In this document: piece after piece, positions 47,601 through 60,682 of the stretch | Position numbering within the stretch: position 1 is the stretch's first letter | How the letters are laid out: each line of letters opens with the position of its first letter | NCBI RefSeq assembly: GCF_963921235.1 | Contig: NC_086109.1 | Span: forward strand, 16,556,001-16,620,000 | Length of the DNA stretch: 64,000 bases | DNA from: Mobula hypostoma | Lineage: Eukaryota | Direction: 5' to 3' | The notes under the pieces: generated by a model | The model's database searches: none | Seen by the model: the letters and a program-made list of their open reading frames with translations, nothing else | What the model was told of the DNA's origin: nothing | Made by a program: the position numbers and the translations under genes

Positions 47601-50600
47601 TGAATTTTCGGCTCCTTAATCCTTAAAACTCATTTTGTTCGCATAAAGCAAATTCCTTCTGCTTTCCTAATTGTCACTTCTAAAGAGCTCCATGTCTCAT
47701 TCAATTATTACGGCATAGAAAGTGGATGCTAGCTATCAACCACCCATTTTTGCATGGATCCCATCTGGTTCTCCCCATATTCCCATCCATTCCCACTCAC
47801 CAACATACATCTTTGGGATGTGGGAGGAAACTGGAGCTCCCAGGGTCACAGGAAGTGTGTTCAAACTCCACACAGACAGTACCAGAGGTCAGGATTGAAG
47901 CCAGGTCACTAGAGCTGTGAGGTAGCAGCTCTACCTGCTGCACCAGAGTGTATTTTCATCCAGCTCTCTACGTCCACTCCACTGCTCAGAAAACTCTAAT
48001 CCTTTGTTTCCTCTAGACCGGAATCGTCTAATATCTCATGGTCACTCAGCCTCCTTTTATTTTCTCTATACTTATTATCCAAAGTTCACCCACCTGTGTG
48101 GCTAACTCAGATCGCTAGCAGTTATTGCATCTTGGGGCTTCGGAATTCGGAGTTCAATCCTGATGTTTTCTGTAGGGAGTTTGTACATCCTCTCTGTGGA
48201 GTGCATGGGTTTCCACTGGGTGCTCCGGATTCCTCACACAGTCCAAAGACATCCAAGTCAGTAACCATATAACAATTACAGCACGGAAACAGGCCATCTT
48301 GGCCCTTCTAGTCCGTGCCGAACTCTTACTCTCACCTAGTCCCACTGACCTGCACACAGCCCATAACCCTCTATTCCTTTCCTGTCCATGTATCTGTCCA
48401 ATTTAACTTTAAACGACAACATCGAACCTGCCTCAACCACTTCTGCTGGAAGCTCGTTCCACACAGCTACCACTCTCTGAGTAAAGAAGCTCCCCCTCAT
48501 GTTACCCCTAAACTTTTGCCCTTTAACTCTCAACTCATGTCCTCTTGTTTGAATCTCCCCCACTCTCAATGGAAAAAGCCTATCCACATCAACTCTATCT
48601 ATCCCCCTCATAATTTTAAATACTTCTGTCAAGTCCCCCCTCAACCTTCTACACTCCAAAGAATAAAGACCCAACTTGTTCAACCTTTCTCTGTAACTTA
48701 GGAGTTGAAACCCAGGCAACATTTTAGTAAACCTCCTCTGTACTCTCTCAATTTTATTGACGTTTTTCCTATAATTCGGTGACCAGAACTGTACACAATA
48801 CTCCAAATTTGGCCTCACCAATGCCTTATACAATTTCAACATTACATCCCAACTCCTATACTCAATGCTCTGATTAGTAGGTTGATTAGTAATCGTACAT
48901 TGTCCCATAATTAGGTTAGGGATAAAACCAGTGGGCTGCTGGCAGTGCAGCTCAGAGGGCCTGCTCCACGCTGTATCCGTAAATAAATAAAGTTAGACAT
49001 TTTCCCTGAGGTCAATGACCTAGTATGTGCTCCTGGTTAAGATCTAATTTTCACTCTTATCAATCCTTTCAGTACATATAGAAGCAGGAGGAGACCATTC
49101 AGCACCTCCTCCCCCCGCCTGCTTCATCAGAGAGTAAGATTGTGGTAAATCTTTTGTATGTCCCCTCCCCAACCTCTGTAATCCCTTCCAACAACTCTCC
49201 AAGATACCTGTGTTTTCTCAATTTTTGCTTTTTGATCCTCAGTTCTGATTAGACAGCCATCCCTTCAAACAAGAAAATAGAAGCAGGCGTGGGCCACCTG
49301 GTCTTCCAGTCCTGCTCTGATAATCTATGTAACCACCAAATTCCCTCAGCCCTCAACTCCTCCACCAATTTCCATAGTCTTCAATTCCCCATTCTTTCAA
49401 AAACTTGACTGGTATTAATGCTCAGTCCTTTGGCGTTCCCTCAGGGTATCTCCTTCTCTCTACACTACTTTAAAGGAATTCTGAAGCCAGTTCTTAAAAC
49501 CTACCTCCTTGACCAAACATTCACCTATGTGTTGGCGCATTAGGATATTTCACTGCGTTAAGAGTATGATATATATATACGAGGTGTTACGCTCACGCTC
49601 AGTATTGTCAGGAGCCAACTTCAAAGAATTTTCACTGCCTTTGCTGCAACTTAATAGTAAGCTTAGTCAACTAAAATGTTTACAGTAATCATGGTGAAAT
49701 AAAAACCACTGTGTTGCAATCCATACCTGATCCCACCCCATCCCCAACCTTGCTCTGTTCCACTTACCGGCTCTCCTCAGGCCATGTCATTAACTCATTG
49801 TTGGGGCAGGTTCAGAAGAAGTAAGTTGCCTGCAAATGTCGGTCAGATTGACATTGCAGACACAGCGAAGTTTCGAAGAGATATCAGGGGTAGCTGCAAG
49901 CTGTTAGCCCATTTCACACACATATCCCGCCTGCCCTATGCACAAGAGAGGTCTACATTTTACACAAAGAGTGTTTGTCATTATGTGCCATTACAAGAAC
50001 TGGAGCAAATCAGTACTTTTCTCACCAGCACAGCCAGCCATCTTCCTTGGTATAAATTCCCACATCCTCTTTATGAGGAACAACTGCACACATGAAGCAG
50101 TCCATTGTGCATGGATGGTGCCTTGTTTTAATATACCTTGCCATTTGATTTAAATCCATAAACAGTCACATCGTAATGAAGAGTGTCCAGTTTGTTCTTC
50201 TCTTCATCAATCTTATTCTTGTCTTCTGCTCTGCTACGTCAGTGTAATCATAATGCTTTCTCCCCGAATGTCCGTTTTAACAGTGGCCTTGTGAGGGAAA
50301 AGAAAACAGCCGAAGACATATCTATTGCACCAATGTACTTGTGTGTATCAGTTAATCATTTGCAACTTCTTCATCTATAGAAATATTTTATATATTCAAG
50401 CACGTATGTTTTGAATTTTAATGTTTTACTTGTTGGCAAAGCCCATGGCTCATTTGCTTATTCTGACGAGCCCTGTTTCTGTTCGGTCACCAAGTCATTT
50501 AGGTTTCTGGGGTGGATTATGGACAGGGCCTTCACACTGTTCAAGTGAGGGAGGTGGTCAGAGAGACGACGAAACTTGATAGTCAGTTGTTAACCGAGTA

Positions 50601-50815
50601 AATTCCTATGCAAGAGCTGCTGCCTCCCAATCTTTGGTCCTACACCCCACATTGTTTCTTTTGCTGCTTGTTTCTGTACATAAGTGTAAATAATCCCTTA
50701 AATTCAGTGCCAAATTTTGTTTGAGGAACCTCAGGATATTGCTCCAATAGACACCATGTCAGTGGAAAACATTGTTACTCTGTGAAGGCTAAACATTTAA
50801 TATATAAAAAAAGAA
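44678..50815 (+). other. NFASC: Putative neurofascin 3' UTR (3' end uncertain)
   Basis: Follows the stop codon. AATAAA at ~46959 and ~49698; a UTR-like motif-dense block at ~50100-50815 ends in AATATA/TATAAA. Confidence 0.4.
48264..48873 (-). mobile_element. Young CR1 ORF2 3' fragment inserted into a + strand SINE (~48145-48990)
   Basis: Open ORF 48336..48908 LKLYKALVRPNLEYCVQFWSP..RLRGDL..FFTQRVVAVWNELP; the SINE body resumes after 48873. Confidence 0.92.
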
Positions 50816-52199
50816 ATTTAATTTCCATGGCATTAATAGATCTTAAGAACCTTCTTTGGCTCAGTGGATCTTCTCTCACAAAGCAGGACAGGCTAGGCTG
50901 GTTGAACTGAGTACTCCAGTTTTTAAATGTAACCCATGTGAGAGGACTGTCCATTTATTTTCCACCATTGGTTTCACGTGGCAATCATTGAGATTACTAA
51001 ATGTTGTGGTGCATTTTCTATAGAATCCAGCTCAGTTAACCATTTAAAATCTGACTGATAAATGTCATGTGCAGTAGAAGGTAAGGTTAGAGTTAGAACA
51101 CTGAACAGCCATCATCTTTCAGACTGCAGGTAGAATAAGCTTGCAGGACCAAATGGCCTTCTCTTGCTCCTGTCTGCAGCAAGGAAGATATTGGACCCTT
51201 AACCAAGATCTGAATCATCAGTCTATTCCCATCATTCGTTTGTTTGTTATGTGTCATGTCTTTCCACGACCATGATTGTTCTTGGCAAATTGTTCTTACA
51301 GAAATGATTTGCCATTGCCTTCTTCTAGGCAGTGGGTGACTCCTGCCATTATCCATACTCCCAGAGATTGTCTGCCTGGCATTAGTGGTTTCATAACCAG
51401 GACTTGTGATATACACCAGCTTCTCCCAAGGCTTCACGTGACTCTGATTGGGGGACAAAGCAGGTGCTACACCTTGCTCAAGGGTGGCCTGCAGGCTAGC
51501 GGAGGGAAGGAACGACTCACACCTCCTTTGGTAGAAATGTATTGTTACCTTCTTCTAAAAATCCACGTGGGTGTGAGGGGTAATCAAGATTTCTACCTTA
51601 CAATTCATTGCAATGTTTGTGTACTGGTTTTTGCCCTTATTCTAGGCAAGGCACTTAGTTGTGGTTCTGTTTTTTTTCCTTACTGGAAGCTGGCATACCC
51701 TCCAAATGACTCATATTTATAAAGCAAACCCAGTGTGGTAATTCATCCCAAAGTGCTTCACATGAGGCAAATCTTCAGGAAATATTGAGACAGTGACAAA
51801 AAGGTTTGGTGAAAATCACCCTGAAGTGTTGATGAGACAATGGAGCTCCAGAGTTGGAACCTAGGCAGCTAAAGGTCATGGTCATCTGTGGTGGAATGAT
51901 GAAAATGGAGATGTCAAACCAGTATTGGATCTTCGATCTGAAGGAAATGCAGATAAGAAACGCAGTCACATGGTCTAAACCTGGGGGATGTTACAAAGGT
52001 TACAGGTTGCCTCTGTTGAGGGACTTGAAGTTGAGGAATTTTAAGCTGAGGCTTTGCCATTGCATTAGTAGCCTTCCACAGACCATTGGTGATGTTAGTA
52101 ACCTGGCATCTCAGGAAAGAGTCAAATTGAAAATAAAAGTCAGCAAGAGTAAGCACAGGCATTGTGTGAACCTTCACTGAGAAAATTAAATTAGATCTT

Positions 52200-52505
52200 G
52201 AGCAACATACACAATTCAGCAAGTCAAGCAACATCTATGGAGGAAAAGACCCTTCATCAGGACTGGAAAGGAAGGGAGCGGAAGCCCGAGTAAGAAGGTG
52301 GTGGGAGGGGAATGCGTACAGGCAGACACGTGAAAGGTAAGGGGAAAACATAGGTGAGTGGAGGGATGAAGCAAGACGCTGGGCAAGGATAGATAGAAGA
52401 GTTGGATAGGTTAAAGAAGAATGAATCCGATAGGCAAGGACTGTAGATCATAGAAGAAAGGGAAGGAGGAGGGGCCTCAGACGGAGGTGATGGGCAGATG
52501 AGAGA
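52200..52505 (-). mobile_element. Penelope-tail-derived fragment
   Basis: GACCCTTCATCAGGACTGG plus a purine-rich body like 400-660. Confidence 0.75.
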
Positions 52506-53709
52506 GTAACCTTTGGTGGTTGATTAATTGGTAGAAGTGAGGACCTTCCTCCTTTGGATATTGCTAACCTGAGAAAATCTCAAGGATAATGACAGAATAT
52601 CTTTGGCAAGTGACTGAAGATTCATTAAAATATTTGTATTAAATGTATGTATTCATTGACATGCTTCTTCGCAAGCAATTTCCATTCTTTCTGTCTAGAT
52701 ATTTTCTCTCCCTCATTTGAAGGTACAATAAGTCAGTATTAAAAACAATATCACAGCAGCAGAAACCTTCCTAGTGACCACTTTTGCCAAGAGTCCCAGT
52801 AACCTTACTAAAACCGATGTGTTTGACCATTTGTAGTAATGCTCGAGTGATTTTCAAAGTAATTTAAAGTGAAAATGAATATCAAAGTAGGTATATGTGA
52901 ACATATACTATCTTGACACTTATTTTTTTGCTGCCATTTACAAAGAAAAATACAATAGAATTTATGAAAAGCTATGCATAAAGACTAACACAACCAATGT
53001 GCAAACATTCCTCATGTATCATTATTAAATTCATTCGTGTTGAACTTCCTTTTTGCTCTTGTGCAAGATGTTTGTCTTCATATACACGCAGGGAAAATTC
53101 GTTAAATGTTGATCTTGCTGATACAGAAAGCAGCCTCTCTTTTGTCACATGCTTCTCTCAGGCTATAATTATATCTATAAAATTCTAGTAATCAAGGATA
53201 TCTCTGTAAACTGCAGCCACTCAACATTCCTGGTATATCAACATATCCCACTACAAATGATGGTACTATACTTTTCAAGATAGATTATTTCATCTTCTGA
53301 TTTGAAATTTTTAGCTTTTATTTCAGTTTTCCAACATTTCCGGTTTTGCACCTCATGGTCCCAAAACAAGTTCTTTTTTTTCATTTTCCTCTCTGCTTTC
53401 ATTCATCTTCTCCACATAAATATCATGAGTAACAAGCCTTCACCATCCCCTCTGAGCCAGAACCAGGATCACTTCTTCTCCAGCAGTCCCTCTCTTGGAT
53501 CTCACCCGACCTCGGACATTTTCCTTTCCACTCCTTCCCTTCCACTGGTGCTTAAAAGATGTTTGATTTCTAACATTTCTCAGTTCTGGACTGAAACGAC
53601 TGGTTTTAAGTACATGATTCAATTAATTAGTACTCTGCACTTTTGGCAGAAGTGGTCTGATTGTGCTAAACAGTTAGTCAGTGACAGAGAATGTTTCTCT
53701 ACAGACACA

Positions 53710-54140
53710 GGAAGTCAAGTTTATTGTCATCTGATCAAGTACAGTGAAATGCAAATGAAATAAAAATCTTGCTTGAAGCAGCATCACAGACATGTGGTTC
53801 AGACATTCAGTATAAATTATACACTAATTTTTCATGAATTTTACAAGGCAGTTAAAAGAGAAGTAAAATATAGTGCAAAAGCAAGACATTAGTACAATGA
53901 ATAGATACATTCAGGGACAAGTCCATTGCAAGGCAAGAGGTGGTCTGTTGCTGAGGTAAGATTAGGGTTGTGCAAGGTGGCTCAAGACCCTGGTGGTGGT
54001 TGTTAAGGAAATGTTCCTGAACCTAGTGGTGTGGACTTCAGGCTTCTGTTCCTCCTGTCTGATGATAGCAGGGAGGGTAGAGCATGACCCAGATGGTGGG
54101 CATCCTTCATGATAGATGCCACCTTCCTGATGCTATTAAA
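53710..54140 (-). mobile_element. L2/Rex1-type LINE 3' fragment
   Basis: KVASIMKDAHHLGHALPSLL..RRNRSLK in ORF 54003..54200. Confidence 0.7.
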
Positions 54141-54359
54141 GGTTGGGACAGGTGTACCAGTGATGGTCCATGATGGAACAAGAAAGAATAGCAAAGACAT
54201 TTGTAAATGATCAGTTTAGATATGACCATGTTAATGAACAGAGAAACGATTACGCTAATAGATGCAGGAAGGAACTTAATCTTGCTAAAAATACTTGTTA
54301 CAGATACTATCCCTCAACAATAATGATCAGTTAGGCACAGTGAGAATCTGTGTTAAGTG

Positions 54360-56385
54360 ACAAATACTTTATTGGTTCAATTTACAGCCAGCACATGAAT
54401 TTACAAAACTAGATACCTGTGCACAAACACACTAGATTTCCCTGACCCTCCCTGAACAGTCGAGGAATAGACAAAGTAATTGCTTGGAAGAAGAGTCTAC
54501 ACTGGCCATGTGTTCTTCTTGATCCCAATGTATGCAATGGTTGGTCTCCAGATTTTTTGCTGCCTGTACTCCTGAGATCTTCCATTCTTATTATTTTCCT
54601 TGTTAGTTCAATCTGTTATATTTCAGTTTTGTTGGCCTAGGCTCTTCTGACTGACATGTGTCCTCTGATTGCCCACGGCTACAAGCAGTGTTCTTTTATG
54701 GCTCTTCCCTCAGACCTGTGCCTCTGGTAACTGCCATATTTTGTAACTCCAAAACAAATTGCAAGAAAGGCACAGGAGCCAGGGGGAAACACATGGACTT
54801 CATTTTTGCTTTAGTGAGGTGTGCACTTGTGACGTGATGGCATAATGACGTATGCCATTCACATACTTTTACATATAACCTGTGGTGAATTACGTCAACA
54901 AAGAATGCTTAGCCAAACAATGTATGTACATTATTCCAGAAATGTTAAATACGCAACAGCAATATCCTTTGTTTTTTCCAAGTCAGAATAGTTAAACCAG
55001 TTTAGCCAGGTCAGCCAAACTCCCAGCTTCTTTCTTCAGCCACCCTTCCTCCACCCACCCACTTTCCCCCTCACCTGGTTTCACCTATCATCAGCCAGCT
55101 CCCCCTCTCCTTTAGCTTCTTATTCTTGTTTCTTCCCTGTTCCTTTCTAGTCCTGATGAATGGTCTCGGCCAGAAACACAACTGTTTATTCCCCTCCATA
55201 GTTGCTTTCTGACTTGCTGTGTTCCTCCAGCACTTTGTGTATGTTGTTCAAGTAAATGCAGTCTCTTGTGTGCCCACAGCGCCGGAGTTCAGTAAAGCTT
55301 CTGACTTGCTTGCCAGTGGCCAAGCTGAAGGTGATGATTCTATTCTGATTACTCTTGTCAAACACAGAGTGTTGTTGTTCCTCCTAGTACTTCCTTGTTT
55401 CTGTGTAGGGTGGAGACTGTGTGCCAGCATATGCAGGATGCAAGGATTATGGCTTCATATAAGAACAATTTAACCATAGCAATTAAAACAATTACAGCGG
55501 CGCTTTCTGACTGAGTATTGGGCACTCTGACAGAATATACCTAGTAGTCATTGATGCAATAATAACAATCAGACTTTACTCTGATCAGATCCTAATAAAT
55601 TCAGAGTCTTATTTGGGTCTCTTATTATTGATGAGAGAGGATCCATTAGCGTCAACGATTTTGGCTTCAAACTGGTTCAGTATTCTTCTTTGTTTTATAT
55701 TGGGAATGCAGTGTTGCTGATTTGTATTCCAACTCACTTCTGCACTAGTTCAATGCAACTGAAGATCTATTGTTTCTTAAACAAGAGATTCTACAGATGC
55801 TGGAAATCTTGAGTTGGAAACACGAAATGCTGGAGGAACTCAGCAAGTCTGGCAGCATCTATAGAGAGAAATATACAGTCAATGTTTTGGGTCGAGACCC
55901 TTCAGTGGAGAATCTATATTAACTGGCAAATACCTTTATTTGTTCAGTTAAATGCAAGTGCGTGAATTTACAAAACTAAATAGCTGTGTACAAATACACT
56001 ATATTTCCCTGACCCTCCATGAAGAGTCTAGGAACAGAAAAGTTAATATCTGGGAAAAGGAGTGCACACTGCCCTGGCATTTTTCTTGATCCTGACATAA
56101 TTTCCACATTTCCAACGTAGGGTCATCCACTTGTGCGATGGTTCATCTCCAAACTCCCATGTACAGCCAAAACCCTCCATTCTTATCCTTTTCCTTATCG
56201 GATCAAATTGTTATGTTTCAGCTTTGTTGGTTCAGAGTCCTCTAACTGACCTGTGTCAGCTTCTTATTGGATCTAGCCCAGGGTTATAAACAATATTATC
56301 TATGGCTCTTCCCCCCAGATTTGTGCCTCAGGTAACATCGTCTGTTCTTTCTAAATCAAACCAGTTCAGCCAAGTCACCCAAACA
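54360..56385. repeat. Diverged ~450-bp direct repeat pair (~54360-55020 and ~55927-56385)
   Basis: Co-linear anchors TGAATTTACAAAACTA, ATTTCCCTGACCCTCC, TCCATTCTTAT, TATGGCTCTTCCC, GGTAAC and AAACCAGTT.AGCCA. Confidence 0.85.
54732..54958. mobile_element. Small solo-LTR-like insertion (TG...CA)
   Basis: Present in only one copy of the repeat pair; degenerate 5-bp duplication GTAAC/GCAAT. Confidence 0.5.
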
Positions 56386-58269
56386 ATGGGCTCAGACTAT
56401 TCCAGATCACAGGATGTTCTTTCTACAAGCCTGTCATTTTTACATAAATGAACAACTGCTTATTGGGAAATGGCAGATAATAAGCAGGAAATTCAAGGTG
56501 TCCATTTTCAATTGCTCTGATTAATCCATTCCTGAGCAAGATCCAATTCACTAAACAGTTCACAAAATGGTGGCTGCATGAACAGACTCACAAAATGGCA
56601 GCCTCCATTCCTTTGACACCATAACAGAAACAAAGGCATTTGCTTTCTCTGCTTCCATTGCCCTTGGCTCATTCCTGTTCACTGATTTGCAGATCTTATT
56701 TCTTTCTGACCAACATGCTGAATCCACTTTTATTGCTAAAACATTTGGATCGTTTGAGTTTAGGCATAGTAACGTAGTGGGATTAAAACACTTTAGAAGA
56801 TTAGTTTGACTGTAAGGACAAGGCGGATGGAAAATACAATTTAATATAAGAAGATAAAGGGATTCTTTTTGATTTTTTGACATTTAAAAGACACTTGGAC
56901 AGGTGTGAACAGGAATGGTTTAGAGTATCGGCCAATGGGACAGGCTCAGTTGGTCAGCATGGATAAATTAGGCTGAAGGGGCTGTTTTCTTTGCAGTATA
57001 ACTCAATGATTCTATGAGAGGAAAATGAAGTATTGGGAACGGGGCATTGAAAGGGCCGGAGACACATAAAGATCAAGGCATTTAAATAGTAGAAATGTGA
57101 CATTCTGGAATAAAAAAGGCCAAATAGAAGTTTATATTTTGTTGTCATTCAGTTTTATTATGTTAAAGGACACAGCCACTACACAGTGCCAGTTCAGAGA
57201 TAATTTTCGGAAAACTTTGCTGTGAGGTGAGATGTGAAATTAAGACTATTTCCCCAAGGAGGACAGGAACAAGAGTTAACCAATGTTCTTGAACTTGAGG
57301 AGGTGTAGAAGGAAAGGTCAATATCTCCGGTTAGACAGATGCAAGGTGCAGGGGGCCACAAATGTAACATTATCATTAAGAGAATGAGGAATGACATCTG
57401 GAGAAGTATCTTAATGCAGTGAACTGTTGGAGCATTCAATGTTTACTTACTAATGGGCTTTTCAAAGTAATGGTGAATAAATCTTAAAGTTTTGTATTGC
57501 TTCTTCAAAGAGGCAAAGCAAAATTACTGGGGCTTAATTGCTTCTTTCTTTGCTGGGGTCCATCAGTTTCTGAGCGGTGCAGAGTAAAAGTCCCAGAACA
57601 ATTATCATAACAATCAGATGTGAGTAAACCCTACCTTTGTTGCCATTTAGTGAGGATGTCGTCTTGATATGAGCATTTGGTTTGAAACTAACTTGTGTGC
57701 ATTAATCAAAATTGCTGGGTCTGTAACAACTTTGGCTCATGTGAGAATGAGGAAGATTGGACTAAGTTGCACATTTTCCTTTTCTCCCATTTATAAAGAG
57801 ATTAATATATTCCCTATATAAGATATACCTATTGCTGAAAAAAACCTGACACTCCCAACAGATTGCAACCAAGAGTAACACAGGGCCGTCATAGAACGCA
57901 TAGATGAGTCTAATAAACATGGTTATTTAAACTGACTGCATGGAAGGTTGAAATAGCCAAGCCATCCAGATATACTGTTTCCTCTGGGAAAACTGTAAAA
58001 AGAAAAACTGACTGTTTTTGTACAGAAACAAACTAAACATAAAATAAAAGCATATTGTTCTTCAAACAAAGTTTGCAGCATATCTGATTCTTTTCCTTCA
58101 TTACTTGCACTGTTATTCCAAAGTGCCCGACTGCTGAAAGTCAACTTGTTGTCTTGAGACAGTTCACTGTGTTGAGGATAAAGGTTTGCAGGTGTTGGAA
58201 CGATGTTCATGGCAACTATCAATACTTCAGATCCAGGTCACTTTAACTGGATGGGAAACCAAAATTCTG

Positions 58270-59940
58270 ACCCTGAGGTTCTCTAGTGCATCTCGGGAGG
58301 GTTTAACCTAGTTTGTCAAGGGGTGGGAATGGGAAGCAGAGCATCAGATTTGAAAGTGGAGGGATTTCAAGCAAGATAGATGTCATGATCAATAAGAACA
58401 GGCCGGGGCAACGTAATAGACTGACGGGTTGAAATATTAAACATTGAACGATCTGAAGCAACACACACAAAATGCTGGAGGAACTCAGCAGGTCAGGCAG
58501 CAGGGATGTTGAAAATGAAAAACAGTCAACGTTTCAGGCCGAGACTTCTCTGCAGGTCTAGATGGAGTGGAAGTGGAAAGGATGTTTCCAATAGTCAGGG
58601 AGTCTAGGATCAGAGGGCATAGCCTTAGAATACAAGGACATCCCTTTAGAACAGAGATGAGGAAGAATTTTTTAGGTGGAGTGCAGGGAATATGTGGAAT
58701 TCTTTACTACAGATGGCTGTGAAGGCCAAGTCTTTAGGTATATTTAAAGCAGAGGTTGATAGGTTTTTGATTACTAAGGGTGTCAAGGGGTATGGGAAGA
58801 AAGCTGGAGAATGGGGTTGAGAGAGATAATAAATGGGTTAGAATGTAAAAGCAGAACAGACTTGGTGGGCCAAATTGCCTAATTCTTCTCCTGTGTCTTA
58901 AGGTCTTATTTTAATGCTAGGAGTATTATGGGTAAAGGTAATGAACTTAGATCAGTAAATGGAACTATGATGTGGCCATAACAGAGACTCAGTTGAGAGA
59001 AGGACAGGAATCGATACTTAATGTTTCAGGATTTTGATGTTTTAGAAAAGATAGAGAAGCAGGTAAAAGAGGGGATGGAGTTGCACTCAGAGGGGACATA
59101 ATGGAGGGTTCACCCACTGAGTCAATATGGGTAGAACACAAAGTAAGAAAGTGCAATCGCTCCGATGTGATTATACTACAGAACCCCGATTGCTACTGGG
59201 ACATTGAGAAACAGATAAGCAGATTGATTAGGGAAAGGATTGTTTTAGCAGGTGACTTCAACTTCCTGAATATAGACTGAGACTTCATGCAAGTGGTATA
59301 AATGAGGCAGAATTTGTTAGGTGTATCCTAAGGTTTCTTAAATCAATATGTAAATTCTCCAACAAGAGGACGGGCAATACTGATCCTGGAGTTGGGTAAT
59401 GAGGCTGGTCAGGGGACTGACCTTTCAGTGGAAGAACAGTTAAGGAACAGTGATCAGTACTCCTTAAGTTTTAAGATAGCTATAGACAATATGTATGAAC
59501 TTTACGGGAGAGTATTAAGTTGGAGCAGGGAAAATTATGAGAACATTAGACAGGATTTAAGGAGAGTTAATTGAGAACAGCTGTCTTTGTGCATGCCCAC
59601 ACTTGACATATGGAGGGTGTTTGAAGACTATCTGCACAGAGAACAGGACAGGCATGTTCCAGTAAGAAGGAAGGACAGGGATGGCAAGGAAAAGGAAACG
59701 TGGATTTGAGATGGTGAATTTAGTCAAGAAGAAAAAGGAAGCATATGTAAGACTTAGGAAGCTAAAATCAAACAGAGCCCATGAAGATCTTGAAGATGCC
59801 AGAAAAGAACTCAAGGAGAGGCCATGAAAAGTCATCAGATAATTGGATTAAAGAGCATCCCTCAGCATTCTATACATACATCAAGAGTAAGAGAATAACT
59901 AGGAAGTGAATAGGTCCACTCAAGGGTAAAGGAGGGAAAA
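58270..59940 (+). mobile_element. CR1 5'/endonuclease region, interrupted by a Penelope tail and another CR1 3' end (~58450-58905)
   Basis: Degenerate FNARSI..K.NEL, YDVAITET, GDFNF.NID and PTRGRAILIL motifs of the AP endonuclease. Confidence 0.8.
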
Positions 59941-60384
59941 TACAAAATATTTTGCCCATTGCGCCCAAATTTTTGGTTTCCTTATGTATTGGAGTTTGAG
60001 AATGTTACATCATGCCCTATGAGGTAACTCCCTGTTTTATTAACTTCCCTTCCCTTGACTTGACTTGTCAGCATTGCAAGAAGTAGGTAGGTGTCATGTT
60101 TAAATCTGGTTGGGTTTTACTGAAAGTATGGATCGTCAACTCACCATATGCACTGTTTGAGATGCATTTCTTGAAGATACTTATTTGTGTGTTTTCCAGA
60201 AACGGCACGATTTTAAGCATCAGAAAAAAGCAAAGAGATATCTGGGACCTCAGTGAACAAGAATGCCAATAATGACCAGCTCCCAACCCCAAGGAACTCT
60301 AATGATGAACAAGAAAAAAGGAGAAACAAATGATAAAGAGGGTGCATTAGTATCAAAAAGAGAAGGGAGAGAAAACTGAGTCAT

Positions 60385-60682
60385 AAAAACATAAGCAATA
60401 GAAGCATCTGGCCCATCGAGCTTGCTCTGCCAGTCAATAAGATCATGGCTGATCTGACCATGGACTCATCTCCACCTACCTGCCTTTTCCCCATAACCCT
60501 TAATTCGCCTCCTATGCAAAATTCTATCCAACCTTGTCTTAAATATATTTACTGAGGTAGCCTCCACTGCTTCATTGGGCAAAGGATTCCACAGAGTCAC
60601 CACCTTCTAGGTAAAGCAGTTCCTCGTCATCTCCGTCCTAAATCTACTCCCCCGAATTTGAGGCTATGTCCCCTCGTTGCAG
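60385..60682 (-). mobile_element. CR1 3' end
   Basis: Tail AACATAAGCAATAGAAGCA..GGCCCATCGAG and the complement of RVVTLWNPLP. Confidence 0.8.

Noticed and set aside
48336..48908. 190-aa antisense host gene
   Set aside because: It is the CR1 ORF2 C-terminus; the same applies to ORFs 5196..5843 and 35150..35593.
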